A DNA stretch of 64,000 nucleotides from an uncultured Christensenellaceae bacterium (GCA_964441275.1 CAYTUG010000006.1:11739-75738), one strand, 5' to 3'; shown: positions 38,715-50,108, numbered from the stretch's first letter. Notes: generated by a model from the sequence alone, not told the origin. Program-made: numbers and translations.

Positions 38715-39598
38715 TGAAAAAGAAGATATTAAAATTTGTTGCGGTTGTAGTTCTGGTAATAATTATTATTATACTATCATCAAGTTATTATGTTGTTGCG
38801 GAAAACGAATTTGCGTGTATAGTTAGATTTGCTAAAATTATTGACACGAAAGAATCGCCCGGCTTATATTTGAAAAATCCATTTGTGGATACGATAAGAA
38901 CGTTTCCTAAGGCAATAATGTTTTATGATATACCGCCTTCCGAAGTATTGACTGCCGATAAACAGAATATGACGATAGACAGCTATGTGCTTTGGAGAAT
39001 AAGCGATCCGTTAAAGTTTTTTAAGACTTTAGGCAGTGTGAGCGCGGCCGAGGGGCGCTTAGACGCAATTACATACAACGCGTTGAAAAACGTTATGGGT
39101 ACCTTAGCGCAGCATGACATAATAAATCAAGACCCGCCCTCGGAAAGAAATGATATTTACGCGGACATAACGTTTAACGTGGATGTTATTGCGAAAAACT
39201 ACGGGATTGATATTATTGATATTAAAATAAAACGGTTTGATTTGCCCGAAGCTAACGAGCAAGCAGTTTATCAGAGAATGATTTCGGAACGCAACCAAAT
39301 ATCAGAAAAATATATCGCGGACGGCGAATATTTGGCGTCGGTAATACGCAACGATGTTGACAAACAGGTAGGCATAATAGTATCGAATGCCGAGGCGCAG
39401 GCGGCAAAAATAGTTGCGGAGGGCGAGGAAGAGTATCTGCAAATGATAGCTAAGATGTACGACTCAAAGGATAAACAGGAGTTTTATCAATTTATGTTAG
39501 CGCTTGACGCATTGGAATCTTCGCTTCAAGGAAACGAGAAAACCTTGATACTCGGCAGCAAATCGTTTATAGCCAAGATGCTTATCGGCGTAAATTAA
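38714..39598 (+). CDS. hflC: FtsH protease modulator HflC (SPFH/band-7)
   Basis: 294 aa with 'VVAENEFACIVRFAKI...GLYLKNPFVD...LTADKQNMTIDSYVLWRI'. Translationally coupled to hflK. Confidence 0.85.
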   Translation: MKKKILKFVAVVVLVIIIIILSSSYYVVAENEFACIVRFAKIIDTKESPGLYLKNPFVDTIRTFPKAIMFYDIPPSEVLTADKQNMTIDSYVLWRISDPLKFFKTLGSVSAAEGRLDAITYNALKNVMGTLAQHDIINQDPPSERNDIYADITFNVDVIAKNYGIDIIDIKIKRFDLPEANEQAVYQRMISERNQISEKYIADGEYLASVIRNDVDKQVGIIVSNAEAQAAKIVAEGEEEYLQMIAKMYDSKDKQEFYQFMLALDALESSLQGNEKTLILGSKSFIAKMLIGVN

Positions 39599-39710
39599 CG
39601 TATCTTTGTGCGTTTAGCAATTTTATAAGGTTAGCGCGTTGGTTCGGTTTTTGAAAAAATCGCCGGTTTGGCGTATAATAGTATAGGACAAGACAACAGG
39701 AGACAGCATT

Positions 39711-40604
39711 TTGGAATTTAAACCTATTGAACTGAGCGATAAAGAGCTATTTGACGGTTATACATTGTGTTTTAATTATCACAATTTAGAAGCATCGTTT
39801 GCGAATATATTCATCTGGCGGCGTGTTTATAACACAATGTTGGCGGTTGATGACATTGCGATGTACATTTATCTAAACAAGGATGCGGACTCGTTTATGC
39901 TGCCGCCGTTCTTGCGTGATTGCGATTCGAGCATTGAAAAAGCGCTGTTGCGCGCCGAAGAATTTATGGTAAGCATGGCAATAAAACCGCAGCTTCGAGG
40001 CGTGACTGTTGAGCTAAAGCAAAAGATAGAAAGCGACTGCCCCGGCAGATATACATTTGTTGAAGATCGAAGCAACTTTGAATATGTGTATAACACAAAT
40101 GATTTGGCTAACTTGGAGGGCAGAAAATACAGCAGTAAGCGCAATCATATTAACAGCCTTTTATCAACGCATACTGCGCAATATGTAAGCTATAAAAATA
40201 GCGATTACGATAAATGCATCAGCCTTTATTCGACTTGGGCGGAAGAAAAAGGCGGGATGACGAGCAGCTTTGAAAACGAGTTTTCCGCTACAAAAGATGC
40301 GTTGCGGCATATTGAAAGGCTGGGGCTAAAATGCGGGCTTTTGTATGTTGACGATAAGCTTGAGGCATTTTCGATAGGCGAGAAATTCGGTACCGATATG
40401 GCAATAATCCATATCGAAAAGGCAAACCCGCTGATTCGGGGCTCATACGCTTTAATCAACAGAGAGTTTGTAAGGCATGAATGGAGCGGCTTAAAATACA
40501 TAAACCGCGAAGAAGATATGGGAATAGAAGGGCTGCGCAAAGCAAAATTGTCTTATCACCCTGTGTTTCTTTTAGAGAAATTCACCGGGCTTCGGAGTGA
40601 ATAG
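39711..40604 (+). CDS. DUF2156 domain protein (MprF C-terminal / FemX-like aminoacyl-transferase fold)
   Basis: 297 aa with 'FANIFIWR', 'GRKYSSKRNHINS' and 'YINREEDMGIEGLRKAKLSYHP'. TTG start after an AGGAGA RBS. Confidence 0.65.
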   Translation: MEFKPIELSDKELFDGYTLCFNYHNLEASFANIFIWRRVYNTMLAVDDIAMYIYLNKDADSFMLPPFLRDCDSSIEKALLRAEEFMVSMAIKPQLRGVTVELKQKIESDCPGRYTFVEDRSNFEYVYNTNDLANLEGRKYSSKRNHINSLLSTHTAQYVSYKNSDYDKCISLYSTWAEEKGGMTSSFENEFSATKDALRHIERLGLKCGLLYVDDKLEAFSIGEKFGTDMAIIHIEKANPLIRGSYALINREFVRHEWSGLKYINREEDMGIEGLRKAKLSYHPVFLLEKFTGLRSE

Positions 40605-40606
40605 CA

Positions 40607-41599
40607 ATGGATATAAGGTTGTTAAGAGAAGACGACAGGCCGCTTGCCGCCAAACTTTGGAAAGAAGCTTTTGATGATTCAGACAAGTTCATCGGCTGGT
40701 ATTTGGAAAACAAATCGAAGAGCGCAATAGGTATTTTTAACGCCGGTGCGCTTTTAAGCGTATTGCATCTTGTGCCTTATAAAGTTATGGTGCAGGGCAA
40801 GCAAATGCAGACCTATTTTATAACGGGGGCGGCAACCTCAAAAGAGCGCAGAGGGCAGGGGCTTATGCGGCAGCTGCTTTACGAAGCTTTGCAGCATATG
40901 CGTTCAGAAGGTGTGTTCTTAACTTATCTCTACCCTTTCAAGCACTCGTTTTACGAAAAATACGGCTGGTCAACTTTTTCGTACGTTAGCCGGCAAACGA
41001 TAACCAAAGTGCGCTGCAAAAGCGATGCGGATGTTATTGAAACAAAGGATATTTCTTTGTTAAGCTCTCTTTATAACCGTATGATGCGCAGTTATCAGGG
41101 GTATGTGATAAGGGGCAAAAAAGAATGGCAATGGCGCACGGAAGAGCTCGCCGTTGACAACGGCCGCGCCGCGGTTTTGCTTAAAGGCGGCCGTGCCCGC
41201 GCTTATGTGCTTTTTTACGAAAATAAAGGGAAGGCCGATATAATAGAAACCGTTTACGAAGACGAGGAAGATATAGGCGCTATGTTAGCGTATGTTTTAG
41301 GCCAGGGGTTTAGCAGTGCGGAATATTTTGTACCGCACAGCGGGGACGAAAAATTCGGCATGGCACGCATAGTCAATGCGCAAGCGCTTCTTAATGCCAT
41401 AGGTGCGCAAAATATGTTGACAAAGGCGTCGATAACTGATGATTTTGCAGAATGGAACAACATTGGGACGGACGATAAAAACCAGATTGATACGGCAAAA
41501 CTTGTTGCGTATGTTCATAGTGGTACGGACCTTAAAACCGCCGAAAAATTAGGGCATCACTTCAGGCAAGCGCGCACTTGCATTTTTGAAACCTATTGA
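40607..41599 (+). CDS. GNAT family N-acetyltransferase (Eis-like, with C-terminal sterol-carrier-like region)
   Basis: 330 aa. The acetyl-CoA motif 'ERRGQGLMRQLLYEAL' and 'LYPFKHSFYEKYGW' are typical of the Eis/YhbS-like subgroup. Confidence 0.7.
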   Translation: MDIRLLREDDRPLAAKLWKEAFDDSDKFIGWYLENKSKSAIGIFNAGALLSVLHLVPYKVMVQGKQMQTYFITGAATSKERRGQGLMRQLLYEALQHMRSEGVFLTYLYPFKHSFYEKYGWSTFSYVSRQTITKVRCKSDADVIETKDISLLSSLYNRMMRSYQGYVIRGKKEWQWRTEELAVDNGRAAVLLKGGRARAYVLFYENKGKADIIETVYEDEEDIGAMLAYVLGQGFSSAEYFVPHSGDEKFGMARIVNAQALLNAIGAQNMLTKASITDDFAEWNNIGTDDKNQIDTAKLVAYVHSGTDLKTAEKLGHHFRQARTCIFETY

Positions 41600-41614
41600 T
41601 TAGAATAAGTCGAA

Positions 41615-41923
41615 ATGATAGGGCTGTTAATAGGAATTGCAATAGGAGCATTGCAAATTGTTGCGTTGCTCTGCATAAAAAGAATGTTATCATCGTCGAA
41701 CATACCTTTAAAGTTTTTTGGCGGTTTGCTGTTTTTGGCAAAGCTGGCGGCTATAATTGGTCTGCTTATTTACATATCAAGTATATCGCTTAGCTATTTG
41801 ATTTTCGCCGCCGGCGGTATGTTTGTGGGCACAGTTTTAACGATTTCAATAACGATTATCCGGCAAAACGGCAGAAAAGGGAAGGCAGATGGATATAAGC
41901 ACGACAGTCCAACACGCAGCTAA
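41615..41923 (+). CDS. atpI: Small hydrophobic protein at head of atp operon (AtpI-like)
   Basis: 102 aa with three predicted TM helices. Called by position immediately upstream of, and overlapping, atpB. Confidence 0.5.
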   Translation: MIGLLIGIAIGALQIVALLCIKRMLSSSNIPLKFFGGLLFLAKLAAIIGLLIYISSISLSYLIFAAGGMFVGTVLTISITIIRQNGRKGKADGYKHDSPTRS

Positions 41924-42611
41924 ATTAGAAAAAGTAACGGTTACTCCTCAACAGGTGGACATATTCGGTGTTAGCGTAAGCGAGACAATGTTAACCACCT
42001 GGATAGTAATGCTCATAATTATTATTGCGGCAATTGCAATAAGACTGTTTGTTATACCAAAGTTTAAAAAAGTGCCCAAGGGGTTTCAGAACATACTTGA
42101 AATGTTCATAGAATTTTGCGAAAAGTTTACCAAATCGCAGCTTGGCAAGCGGGGCGCAGCTTTTGCTTCGTATATTTTCGTAATTGCGCTTATGATTGCT
42201 GCGACCAGCATGGCGGAGCTTTTTGGAGCGCGCCCGCCTGCATCGGATATCAATTTTACAATAGCTTTGTCCTTGATGTCTTTTGTGTTGATAAACGGGT
42301 TTGGCATTTATTACACGGGTTTCTTAGGAAGGTTGCTTTGGTTTGTGCGCCCTAAAGCGTTTATGCTGCCCATAAATATTGTTACGCATTCTGTTATACC
42401 TGTTTCACTTTCATTTAGATTGTTTGGAAACATGTTTGCGGGAATGGTTGTTATGAATCTGCTGTACAGCGTAACGTATTTATCAATCGGCATCCCGGGA
42501 TTGCTTGCGATTTATTTTAACCTTTTTCATGTGGGTATTCAAACATACATATTTTTGGTGCTTACGCTGTCGTTTATGGAAGAAACGCTGATGTACGGCA
42601 CGAAAAGATAA
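41889..42611 (+). CDS. atpB: F-type ATP synthase Fo subunit a
   Basis: 240 aa. 'SLSFRLFGNMFAGMVV' contains the essential Arg motif. Confidence 0.93.
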   Translation: MDISTTVQHAAKLEKVTVTPQQVDIFGVSVSETMLTTWIVMLIIIIAAIAIRLFVIPKFKKVPKGFQNILEMFIEFCEKFTKSQLGKRGAAFASYIFVIALMIAATSMAELFGARPPASDINFTIALSLMSFVLINGFGIYYTGFLGRLLWFVRPKAFMLPINIVTHSVIPVSLSFRLFGNMFAGMVVMNLLYSVTYLSIGIPGLLAIYFNLFHVGIQTYIFLVLTLSFMEETLMYGTKR

Positions 42612-42639
42612 ATTTTTATTATAACGGAGGTAACGTATT

Positions 42640-42861
42640 ATGACAGCTTTGATTGCGATAGGCATTGGGCTTGCGGTGTTTACCGGAGTGGGGGCGGGGA
42701 TAGGAATGGGCATAGCCACCAGTAAAGCGGCCGAAGCCGTTGCACGGCAGCCCGAGGCAAGCGGCAAGATAAACGCAATGCTGCTTATTGGTTTGGCATT
42801 TGCCGAAACAACGGCGATTTATGGTTTTGTTATTGCAATACTTATGATAGACAAAATTTAG
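42640..42861 (+). CDS. atpE: F-type ATP synthase Fo subunit c
   Basis: 73 aa with '[12 protein letters not shown]' and '[19 protein letters not shown]'. Confidence 0.95.
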   Translation: MTALIAIGIGLAVFTGVGAGIGMGIATSKAAEAVARQPEASGKINAMLLIGLAFAETTAIYGFVIAILMIDKI

Positions 42862-42890
42862 TGCCAGAAAGGTTAATCAAGGGAAGAACG

Positions 42891-43370
42891 ATGCCGGAAA
42901 TAGATTTTATAAAAGTCGGTCTGCATATATTGAACGTGCTGATAATGCTTGTAATATTGCGCTTGCTCATTTATAAGCCGGTGCTAAAATTTATAAAAAA
43001 ACGTGAACACGCTTTTTGGGACAAGACCGAGGGACTGGAAGACAGGGAAAAACAGCTTGTTTTGAGAGAAAAGAAATATGAAGAAATAATTGAAGAAGCG
43101 CAAACGCAAGCGGAGACTATGATTATAAACAGCAACAAGCTTTCAAAAGAGCATGCGCGTGAAATTATTGAAACCGCAAGAGAACAGGCAAAAGATATTT
43201 TAGACAGAGCAGCAAAAGAAATAGACGCAGAAAAAGCGCAAGCGCTTGTTGACATGCGCTCCGAAATAGCGCAGATGAGCGTACAAATAGCGAAAAAGGT
43301 TATTGAGCGCGAAATTACTGTAGAAGATAACCGCAAGATTATTGACGAGTTTTTTGAGAGGGTGGGGTAA
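42891..43370 (+). CDS. atpF: F-type ATP synthase Fo subunit b
   Basis: About 159 aa. N-terminal TM followed by a long Glu/Lys/Ala helix. ATG at 42891 follows an AGGGAAG RBS; the ORF track starts at GTG 42861. Confidence 0.9.
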   Translation: MPEIDFIKVGLHILNVLIMLVILRLLIYKPVLKFIKKREHAFWDKTEGLEDREKQLVLREKKYEEIIEEAQTQAETMIINSNKLSKEHAREIIETAREQAKDILDRAAKEIDAEKAQALVDMRSEIAQMSVQIAKKVIEREITVEDNRKIIDEFFERVG

Positions 43371-43371
43371 T

Positions 43372-45162
43372 TTGGCTGTTGAAGCAAAGCTGCAGTCGGC
43401 AACGAAACTTGAACCGGCGGCTGTTGGGGCAATAAAAAAACACTTCGAATCAATTGTCGGCGATGAACTTGCTCTCGAGACAGAGATATGCCCCGATATA
43501 ATTGGAGGGTTTATTGTTGTTATTGGCGATAAGATTTACGATAACAGCGTTAGGGCGCATATCGATGATATAAAAAAATACATTGCCGGAAAACATATGT
43601 TTTCTGATATTAACAAAGCCGGCGCTGATTTTAAAATCTCAAGCGAACCTATTAAAAAGCTAATAGACGAGTACAAACCGGAATCGGATTTTGGAGAAAT
43701 AGGAACGGTTAAATATTCGGGAGACGGAATTGCGCATGTCGCCGGGCTAAAGGGGTGCAAATACGGCGGGCTGTTGGAATTTGAAAACAATTGTTTTGGT
43801 ATTGTAATGAATCTTTCGCATGGCGAAGTTGGGGCGGTGCTGCTTGATAATATTACCGACGCAGGCGCGGGTTCAAGCGTGCGGGACACAGGCGGCGTTG
43901 TTAAGGTTCCGGTTGGGGACGCGTTAAAGGGAAGAATAGTAAATCCGTTGGGCATGCCTATTGACGGCAAAGGCAAAATAATTGCCGATAACTATATGCC
44001 GATAGAATCCGAAGCGCCCAGCATATTTGACAGAAAAAATGTGGAAGAGCCTCTTGAAACGGGGATAATGTTTATTGACAGCATGATACCCATAGGCAAG
44101 GGGCAAAGAGAGCTAATTATAGGAGACAGGCAAACAGGCAAAACCGCAATCGCAATTGATACTATATTAAACCAGCATGATAAAAATGTTGTGTGCGTAT
44201 ACGTTGCGATAGGGCAAAAAGCGTCAACAATATCAAGTATAGTAAATACTTTAGAGTCTCAAGGAGCGCTTTCTTATACCGTGGTGGTTGCGTCTACGAG
44301 CAGCGATGCGCCTGCGATGCAATACATTGCGCCGTACGCGGGCTGCGCAATAGCCGAACAATTCATGCACGCGGGGAAAGATGTGCTTGTGGTATACGAT
44401 GATCTGTCAAAGCACGCTGTCGCTTACAGGACGATGTCGCTGCTGCTTCGCAGACCGCCCGGACGGGAAGCATACCCCGGGGACGTATTCTATCTGCATT
44501 CAAGGCTTTTAGAGCGTGCGGCTTGTTTGTCTTCAAAACTTGGGGGCGGCTCGCTTACTGCATTGCCTATAATTGAAACTATGGCAGGCGATATTTCCGC
44601 CTATATTCCAACAAACGTAATATCAATTACAGACGGCCAAATATTTTTGGAATCCGAGCTGTTTAATGCAGGGATAAGACCGGCGGTTAACGTAGGGCTG
44701 TCCGTTTCAAGGGTTGGAGGTAACGCGCAGATTAATGCAATGCGTAAAGTGGCGGGCAGGCTCAGGCTTGATTTAGCCCAATATCGCGAATTGGCCGTTT
44801 TCGCAAGGTTTGCTTCCGAGCTGGATAAAACCACGCAAGAGACGTTAGAGCAAGGGGTTCGGCTTACGGAAGCATTAAAGCAGGAGCAGTACGATCCGCT
44901 TTCAATGGTTACCCAAGTGATGACACTGCATCTGGCAACCAACAAACACCTGTTAAGAATACCCAAGGAACATGTAAAACCTTTCTGTAAAAAGTACGTT
45001 GAGTACGCTAATACAAGATGTTTGCATGTGCGGGAGGATATAGAAAAGACGGGCGATCTGTCGGAAGAACATGTGGAAATTCTAAACGAAGCTGCGCGAG
45101 AGTTCTTTATGATGTACGCAAAAGAGAACAATATTCCGGTAAAACCGAAGGAAGCCAAATAA
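43372..45162 (+). CDS. atpA: F1 alpha subunit with N-terminal fusion of the C-terminal domain of delta/OSCP
   Basis: The first ~75 aa, '[70 protein letters not shown]', align to the last ~70 residues of delta. A canonical alpha follows ('[15 protein letters not shown]', P-loop 'GDRQTGKT', '[21 protein letters not shown]'). TTG at 43372 lies directly after the atpF stop. Confidence 0.85.
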   Translation: MAVEAKLQSATKLEPAAVGAIKKHFESIVGDELALETEICPDIIGGFIVVIGDKIYDNSVRAHIDDIKKYIAGKHMFSDINKAGADFKISSEPIKKLIDEYKPESDFGEIGTVKYSGDGIAHVAGLKGCKYGGLLEFENNCFGIVMNLSHGEVGAVLLDNITDAGAGSSVRDTGGVVKVPVGDALKGRIVNPLGMPIDGKGKIIADNYMPIESEAPSIFDRKNVEEPLETGIMFIDSMIPIGKGQRELIIGDRQTGKTAIAIDTILNQHDKNVVCVYVAIGQKASTISSIVNTLESQGALSYTVVVASTSSDAPAMQYIAPYAGCAIAEQFMHAGKDVLVVYDDLSKHAVAYRTMSLLLRRPPGREAYPGDVFYLHSRLLERAACLSSKLGGGSLTALPIIETMAGDISAYIPTNVISITDGQIFLESELFNAGIRPAVNVGLSVSRVGGNAQINAMRKVAGRLRLDLAQYRELAVFARFASELDKTTQETLEQGVRLTEALKQEQYDPLSMVTQVMTLHLATNKHLLRIPKEHVKPFCKKYVEYANTRCLHVREDIEKTGDLSEEHVEILNEAAREFFMMYAKENNIPVKPKEAK

Positions 45163-45163
45163 A

Positions 45164-46027
45164 ATGATGAATATTGCAGACATAAAGCACAGCATCAAAT
45201 CAATATCGGAAACCGACCAGATAACCCGTGCCATGCATCTGATATCGACATCAAAGATGAAAAAGGCAGTTGGCCGCTATCAGGCGAACCATGCTCATTT
45301 TGTTCGTATACAGTCCGAGCTTAAAAACATTCTTATGCACACGCAAGAGCTCAAGCACCCTTATTTAGGCGAAAGCGAAGCTAAAAGAGCGGCGTATGTT
45401 GTAATTGCCGCAGATAAAGGGCTGTGCGGAGGATATAACCACAACGTGCTAAATTTAGCGGCGGAGCATATGCAAAACTGCAAGCAGCGTTACATAATCA
45501 CGATAGGCCAGCAGGCGCGCGTTTTTTTTGACCGTATCGGCTATATGGTAGATATAGAATTTTTGCATGCGGCAAATAACCCCACGTTGTACAATGCAAG
45601 GGCAATAACGAGGGATATACTCGATTTATACGATAACAGATTGATGGACGAAGTATATATCGTATACACAAGTTTTATTTCTGTGCTCAGGCAAGAGCCG
45701 CAGGTAGTTAAGCTGCTTCCCATGTCTATGGCTAATTTGGTCGATGTAGAAACGGAACTTTACCATACTACTGAGCTGTTTTACCATCCGTCCCGCAAAG
45801 CGGTTTTTGACAGGCTTATTCCGCAGTATATTGTCGGGCTGACATACGGCTGCCTTGTGCAATCATTTGCAAGCGAACAGTGCGCACGCATGAATGCGAT
45901 GGAAAATGCAACTAAAAACGCAGATGAGATGATAAACAAACTGTCGCTAAGATACAACAGCGCAAGACAATCGGCGATAACGGAAGAGATTACGGAGATT
46001 ATGGGCGCACTCGAAACGTTAAAATAG
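45164..46027 (+). CDS. atpG: F1 gamma subunit
   Basis: 287 aa with 'ITRAMHLISTSKMKKA' and the C-terminal 'ARQSAITEEITEIMGA'. Confidence 0.95.
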   Translation: MMNIADIKHSIKSISETDQITRAMHLISTSKMKKAVGRYQANHAHFVRIQSELKNILMHTQELKHPYLGESEAKRAAYVVIAADKGLCGGYNHNVLNLAAEHMQNCKQRYIITIGQQARVFFDRIGYMVDIEFLHAANNPTLYNARAITRDILDLYDNRLMDEVYIVYTSFISVLRQEPQVVKLLPMSMANLVDVETELYHTTELFYHPSRKAVFDRLIPQYIVGLTYGCLVQSFASEQCARMNAMENATKNADEMINKLSLRYNSARQSAITEEITEIMGALETLK

Positions 46028-47434
<1,407 letters not shown>

Positions 47435-47437
47435 GCT

Positions 47438-47854
47438 GTGGCTTCAAAGTTCTTGTTAGAGATTATAACCCCGGAAAGAGAGTTTTTCAAAGCGGAAGTT
47501 GACAGCGTGATTTTCCCCACTACCGACGGGTACATGAGCGTGCACAAAATGCACGAACCTATGGTTGCCGCAATATCTGTAGGGGATATAAAAATCAACA
47601 TAGACGGGCAGTGGAAGCTATGCACCACATCCGAAGGCATTATACAGGTTTGGCCGGAAAAAACAATAATTATTTCGCAAGCGGTTGAATGGCCTGAAGA
47701 GATCGATTTGTATCGTGCGCAGCAGGCGCGCGAACGCGCGCAAGAACGCTTGCAGCAAGCGCAAAGCCGGCAGGAATATATGCGAAGCCAAATATCGCTT
47801 GCTCGCGCTATGGTGCGGCTGCGGTTTGGCCGGAAACGCCAAAACATTGATTAA
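47438..47854 (+). CDS. atpC: F1 epsilon subunit
   Basis: 138 aa with 'LEIITPEREFF...VIFPTTDGYMSV' and a C-terminal helical hairpin. GTG start. Confidence 0.92.
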   Translation: MASKFLLEIITPEREFFKAEVDSVIFPTTDGYMSVHKMHEPMVAAISVGDIKINIDGQWKLCTTSEGIIQVWPEKTIIISQAVEWPEEIDLYRAQQARERAQERLQQAQSRQEYMRSQISLARAMVRLRFGRKRQNID

Positions 47855-47956
47855 CATTTTGTATTAAACACAATGCAGCGCGGCTTAACTTGTATAAAAT
47901 TTTGACTTTAGTCGATAATCAAACCAACAAAACAACTGTCAAAGCAAGGAGTTAAA

Positions 47957-48529
47957 ATGGTTGGAGAAAGAGCGACTAAAATGCTTATAATAAGCAGCGC
48001 GCGAACGTTATTTACTGAAAAAGGGTATGACAATACGCCGGTAGAAGAAATTTGTGCGTTGGCCGGAATAGCTAAGGGAACATTTTTTTATTATTTTGCC
48101 AGCAAACAATCAATAGTGCGCCATATTCTTGCTGCACAGCTCAAAGAGTATGTGCAAAGGCTTAAAGCGCAAATAGCTACGTTAAAAGATGCGGTATCAA
48201 AGACGGAATACTTTATTGCGGCGCTGCTTGAAAACGGCAATTGTGAATGCGATTTTTACTTTAAAGCCGCCCAAAGCGAATGGTATGTTACGGTGCTTCA
48301 AGAGGAGCGAAAAGCCGCATTGCTTCCCTTGCTTTTGGATATTGTATATCAAGGCGTTTACGAAGGATATTTTCACGTCAAATACCCGGATGTTGTTGCG
48401 CAGGTTGCATTTTCCGGAATCGATTCTTTTCTGCACTATTGCCCGCAATTTGAAGATGAAGCAAAGAACGGGATATGTGAAATAGCCGCCAAAACTTTGG
48501 GTATAAGGTATGCGGACTTGGCTATTTGA
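47957..48529 (+). CDS. TetR/AcrR family transcriptional regulator
   Basis: 190 aa with N-terminal HTH 'IISSARTLFTEKGYDNTPVEEICALAGIAKGTFFYYFASK'. Confidence 0.85.
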   Translation: MVGERATKMLIISSARTLFTEKGYDNTPVEEICALAGIAKGTFFYYFASKQSIVRHILAAQLKEYVQRLKAQIATLKDAVSKTEYFIAALLENGNCECDFYFKAAQSEWYVTVLQEERKAALLPLLLDIVYQGVYEGYFHVKYPDVVAQVAFSGIDSFLHYCPQFEDEAKNGICEIAAKTLGIRYADLAI

Positions 48530-48650
48530 GCTTGCAAAACAGGCTTATTACCTTATCTCGCCTCGGGAAGATGTTACGAAATTATTACGAAAACATTGAC
48601 AAACCTGAACGAATGATATATCATGTAGCAAAAGTTTAGGAGTTAATATT

Positions 48651-50108
48651 GTGAAACGCGCGGACATCAAAAATCTGAAAATCGCGGATAAAAAAGGCGC
48701 CGCTAAAGCGCGCAAAGTAAATGCGCAAAAGGGTTTGGACGTATCCGCACAGCTGTCCGGCGATAACGGATTGCATGTTCCCAAAACAGAAAACAAATAC
48801 CGCCGAACAGATATAAAAAGGCGTCCCAAACAAAACAATACGCTATTAAAAAATATTCGTAACAACATTGTTATCTCGTTAAAAAAGATTAAAGCGTTGA
48901 TTACGGGCAAAAAATACTGCGAAAACGATGCGCTTTCTTTTGCTGTTAACCATAAGCGCCACTCAAAGAGAGAAAAACGCAGAAGGAATATACTTGTATA
49001 CGCAGGTGCGGGATTAGTTGTAATATCCGCATTTCTTTTGATATTGTTCGGCAGTCCGTTAGCCGCGGGGCAAAATAAGCCCGCGTTGCAGCAGGCTTCC
49101 GCGGGCGATAAATATTTTGGCGAGCAGCCGCAGTTTAGAACATTGGGTGCAAAGATGCCCGTTTTGATGTCTTTTACCCCTGCGTTTGCCGATAAGTTTG
49201 ATTATATACCGCCGGACGACATTGACGATTTTGATGATATTGACGACATTGATGATTATGACGATGTTGATAATACTGACGATATTCAAACGCCCGAGCC
49301 GGAGCCCGAACCGACAAAGCCCATAAAAACAACGGCTCCCGAAAAAACCGCCGCGCCTTTGGTTGTCGATGATTTTATAGATTACTATTTAGTTAAAAAA
49401 GGTCCGTATTATAATAACATGGGTTTTTCGACCAACCATTACAATTATACAAATAAAGAGTTTACCGATTTTGCCGCTATGCTATATTACGAGGCGCGCG
49501 GGGAAGGTATGACAGGCATGGTGGCGGTGGGCAATGTAATAATGAACCGGGTATTGTGCAGAGGCGCTTGGCCGAATGATATAACATCGGTTCTTAGTGC
49601 GCCCGGACAGTTCACCCCGTGGAAGACATATCAAAAAAACGGTGTACCTTCTGGTCAGTATTGGTCTAAAGCAAAAAAAGCGGCGCGCGCTGTTCTTGAT
49701 AAGGAGCTATGGGTAATTCCGCAGGACGTTTATTTTTTCAAAAGGGGCAGCGGTGCGGGCAGCAATGTGCTTTACAAAAAAATAGGCAACCATAATTTTT
49801 TCAGGCGCGGCTACAGCGGACGGCATCGCGGGGAAGAGATACCGCCGGCGCTTTTTGACAGGAATTATAAATATCCCCAGTACGGCTGCAAGCCCCATAA
49901 GCGAGTTTATCGGATACAGTATATGCTCAATAAGTTAGGTTACAAAGTTAAGGCGGACGGTTACTTCGGAATAACCTCAAAAGAGGCTCTTACAGAGTTT
50001 CAACGCAAAAACCGCCTTAAAGCGGACGGCGTAGCCGGGCCTTCCACCATAAAAAAGCTGATAAAAAAATTCGGTATACAAAACTATTATGATAAATTTA
50101 TAAAATAG
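48651..50108 (+). CDS. Membrane-anchored cell-wall hydrolase (SleB/CwlJ Hydrolase_2 domain) with C-terminal peptidoglycan-binding domain
   Basis: Basic N-terminus, a TM helix ('ILVYAGAGLVVISAFLLILFG') and an acidic repeat. 'AAMLYYEARGEGMTGMVAVGNVIMNRV...PGQF' is the Hydrolase_2 domain. 'IQYMLNKLGYKVKADGYFGITSKEALTEFQRKNRLKADGVAGPST' is PG_binding_1. Confidence 0.8.
   Translation: MKRADIKNLKIADKKGAAKARKVNAQKGLDVSAQLSGDNGLHVPKTENKYRRTDIKRRPKQNNTLLKNIRNNIVISLKKIKALITGKKYCENDALSFAVNHKRHSKREKRRRNILVYAGAGLVVISAFLLILFGSPLAAGQNKPALQQASAGDKYFGEQPQFRTLGAKMPVLMSFTPAFADKFDYIPPDDIDDFDDIDDIDDYDDVDNTDDIQTPEPEPEPTKPIKTTAPEKTAAPLVVDDFIDYYLVKKGPYYNNMGFSTNHYNYTNKEFTDFAAMLYYEARGEGMTGMVAVGNVIMNRVLCRGAWPNDITSVLSAPGQFTPWKTYQKNGVPSGQYWSKAKKAARAVLDKELWVIPQDVYFFKRGSGAGSNVLYKKIGNHNFFRRGYSGRHRGEEIPPALFDRNYKYPQYGCKPHKRVYRIQYMLNKLGYKVKADGYFGITSKEALTEFQRKNRLKADGVAGPSTIKKLIKKFGIQNYYDKFIK
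49215..49283 (+). repeat. Acidic low-complexity repeat (DDIDDFDDIDDIDDYDDVDNTDD) from GAY-rich DNA
   Basis: Read directly from the sequence. Followed by TPEPEPEPT. Confidence 0.9.

Noticed and set aside
42640-42861. Possible Na+-binding signature in the c subunit (AETTAIY)
   Set aside because: Helix 2 has E-T and Tyr, but the helix-1 Gln of Na+-type c subunits is Met here (GIGMGIA). The full Q/E/S-T/Y ligand set is absent, so a proton-coupled enzyme is the simpler reading.
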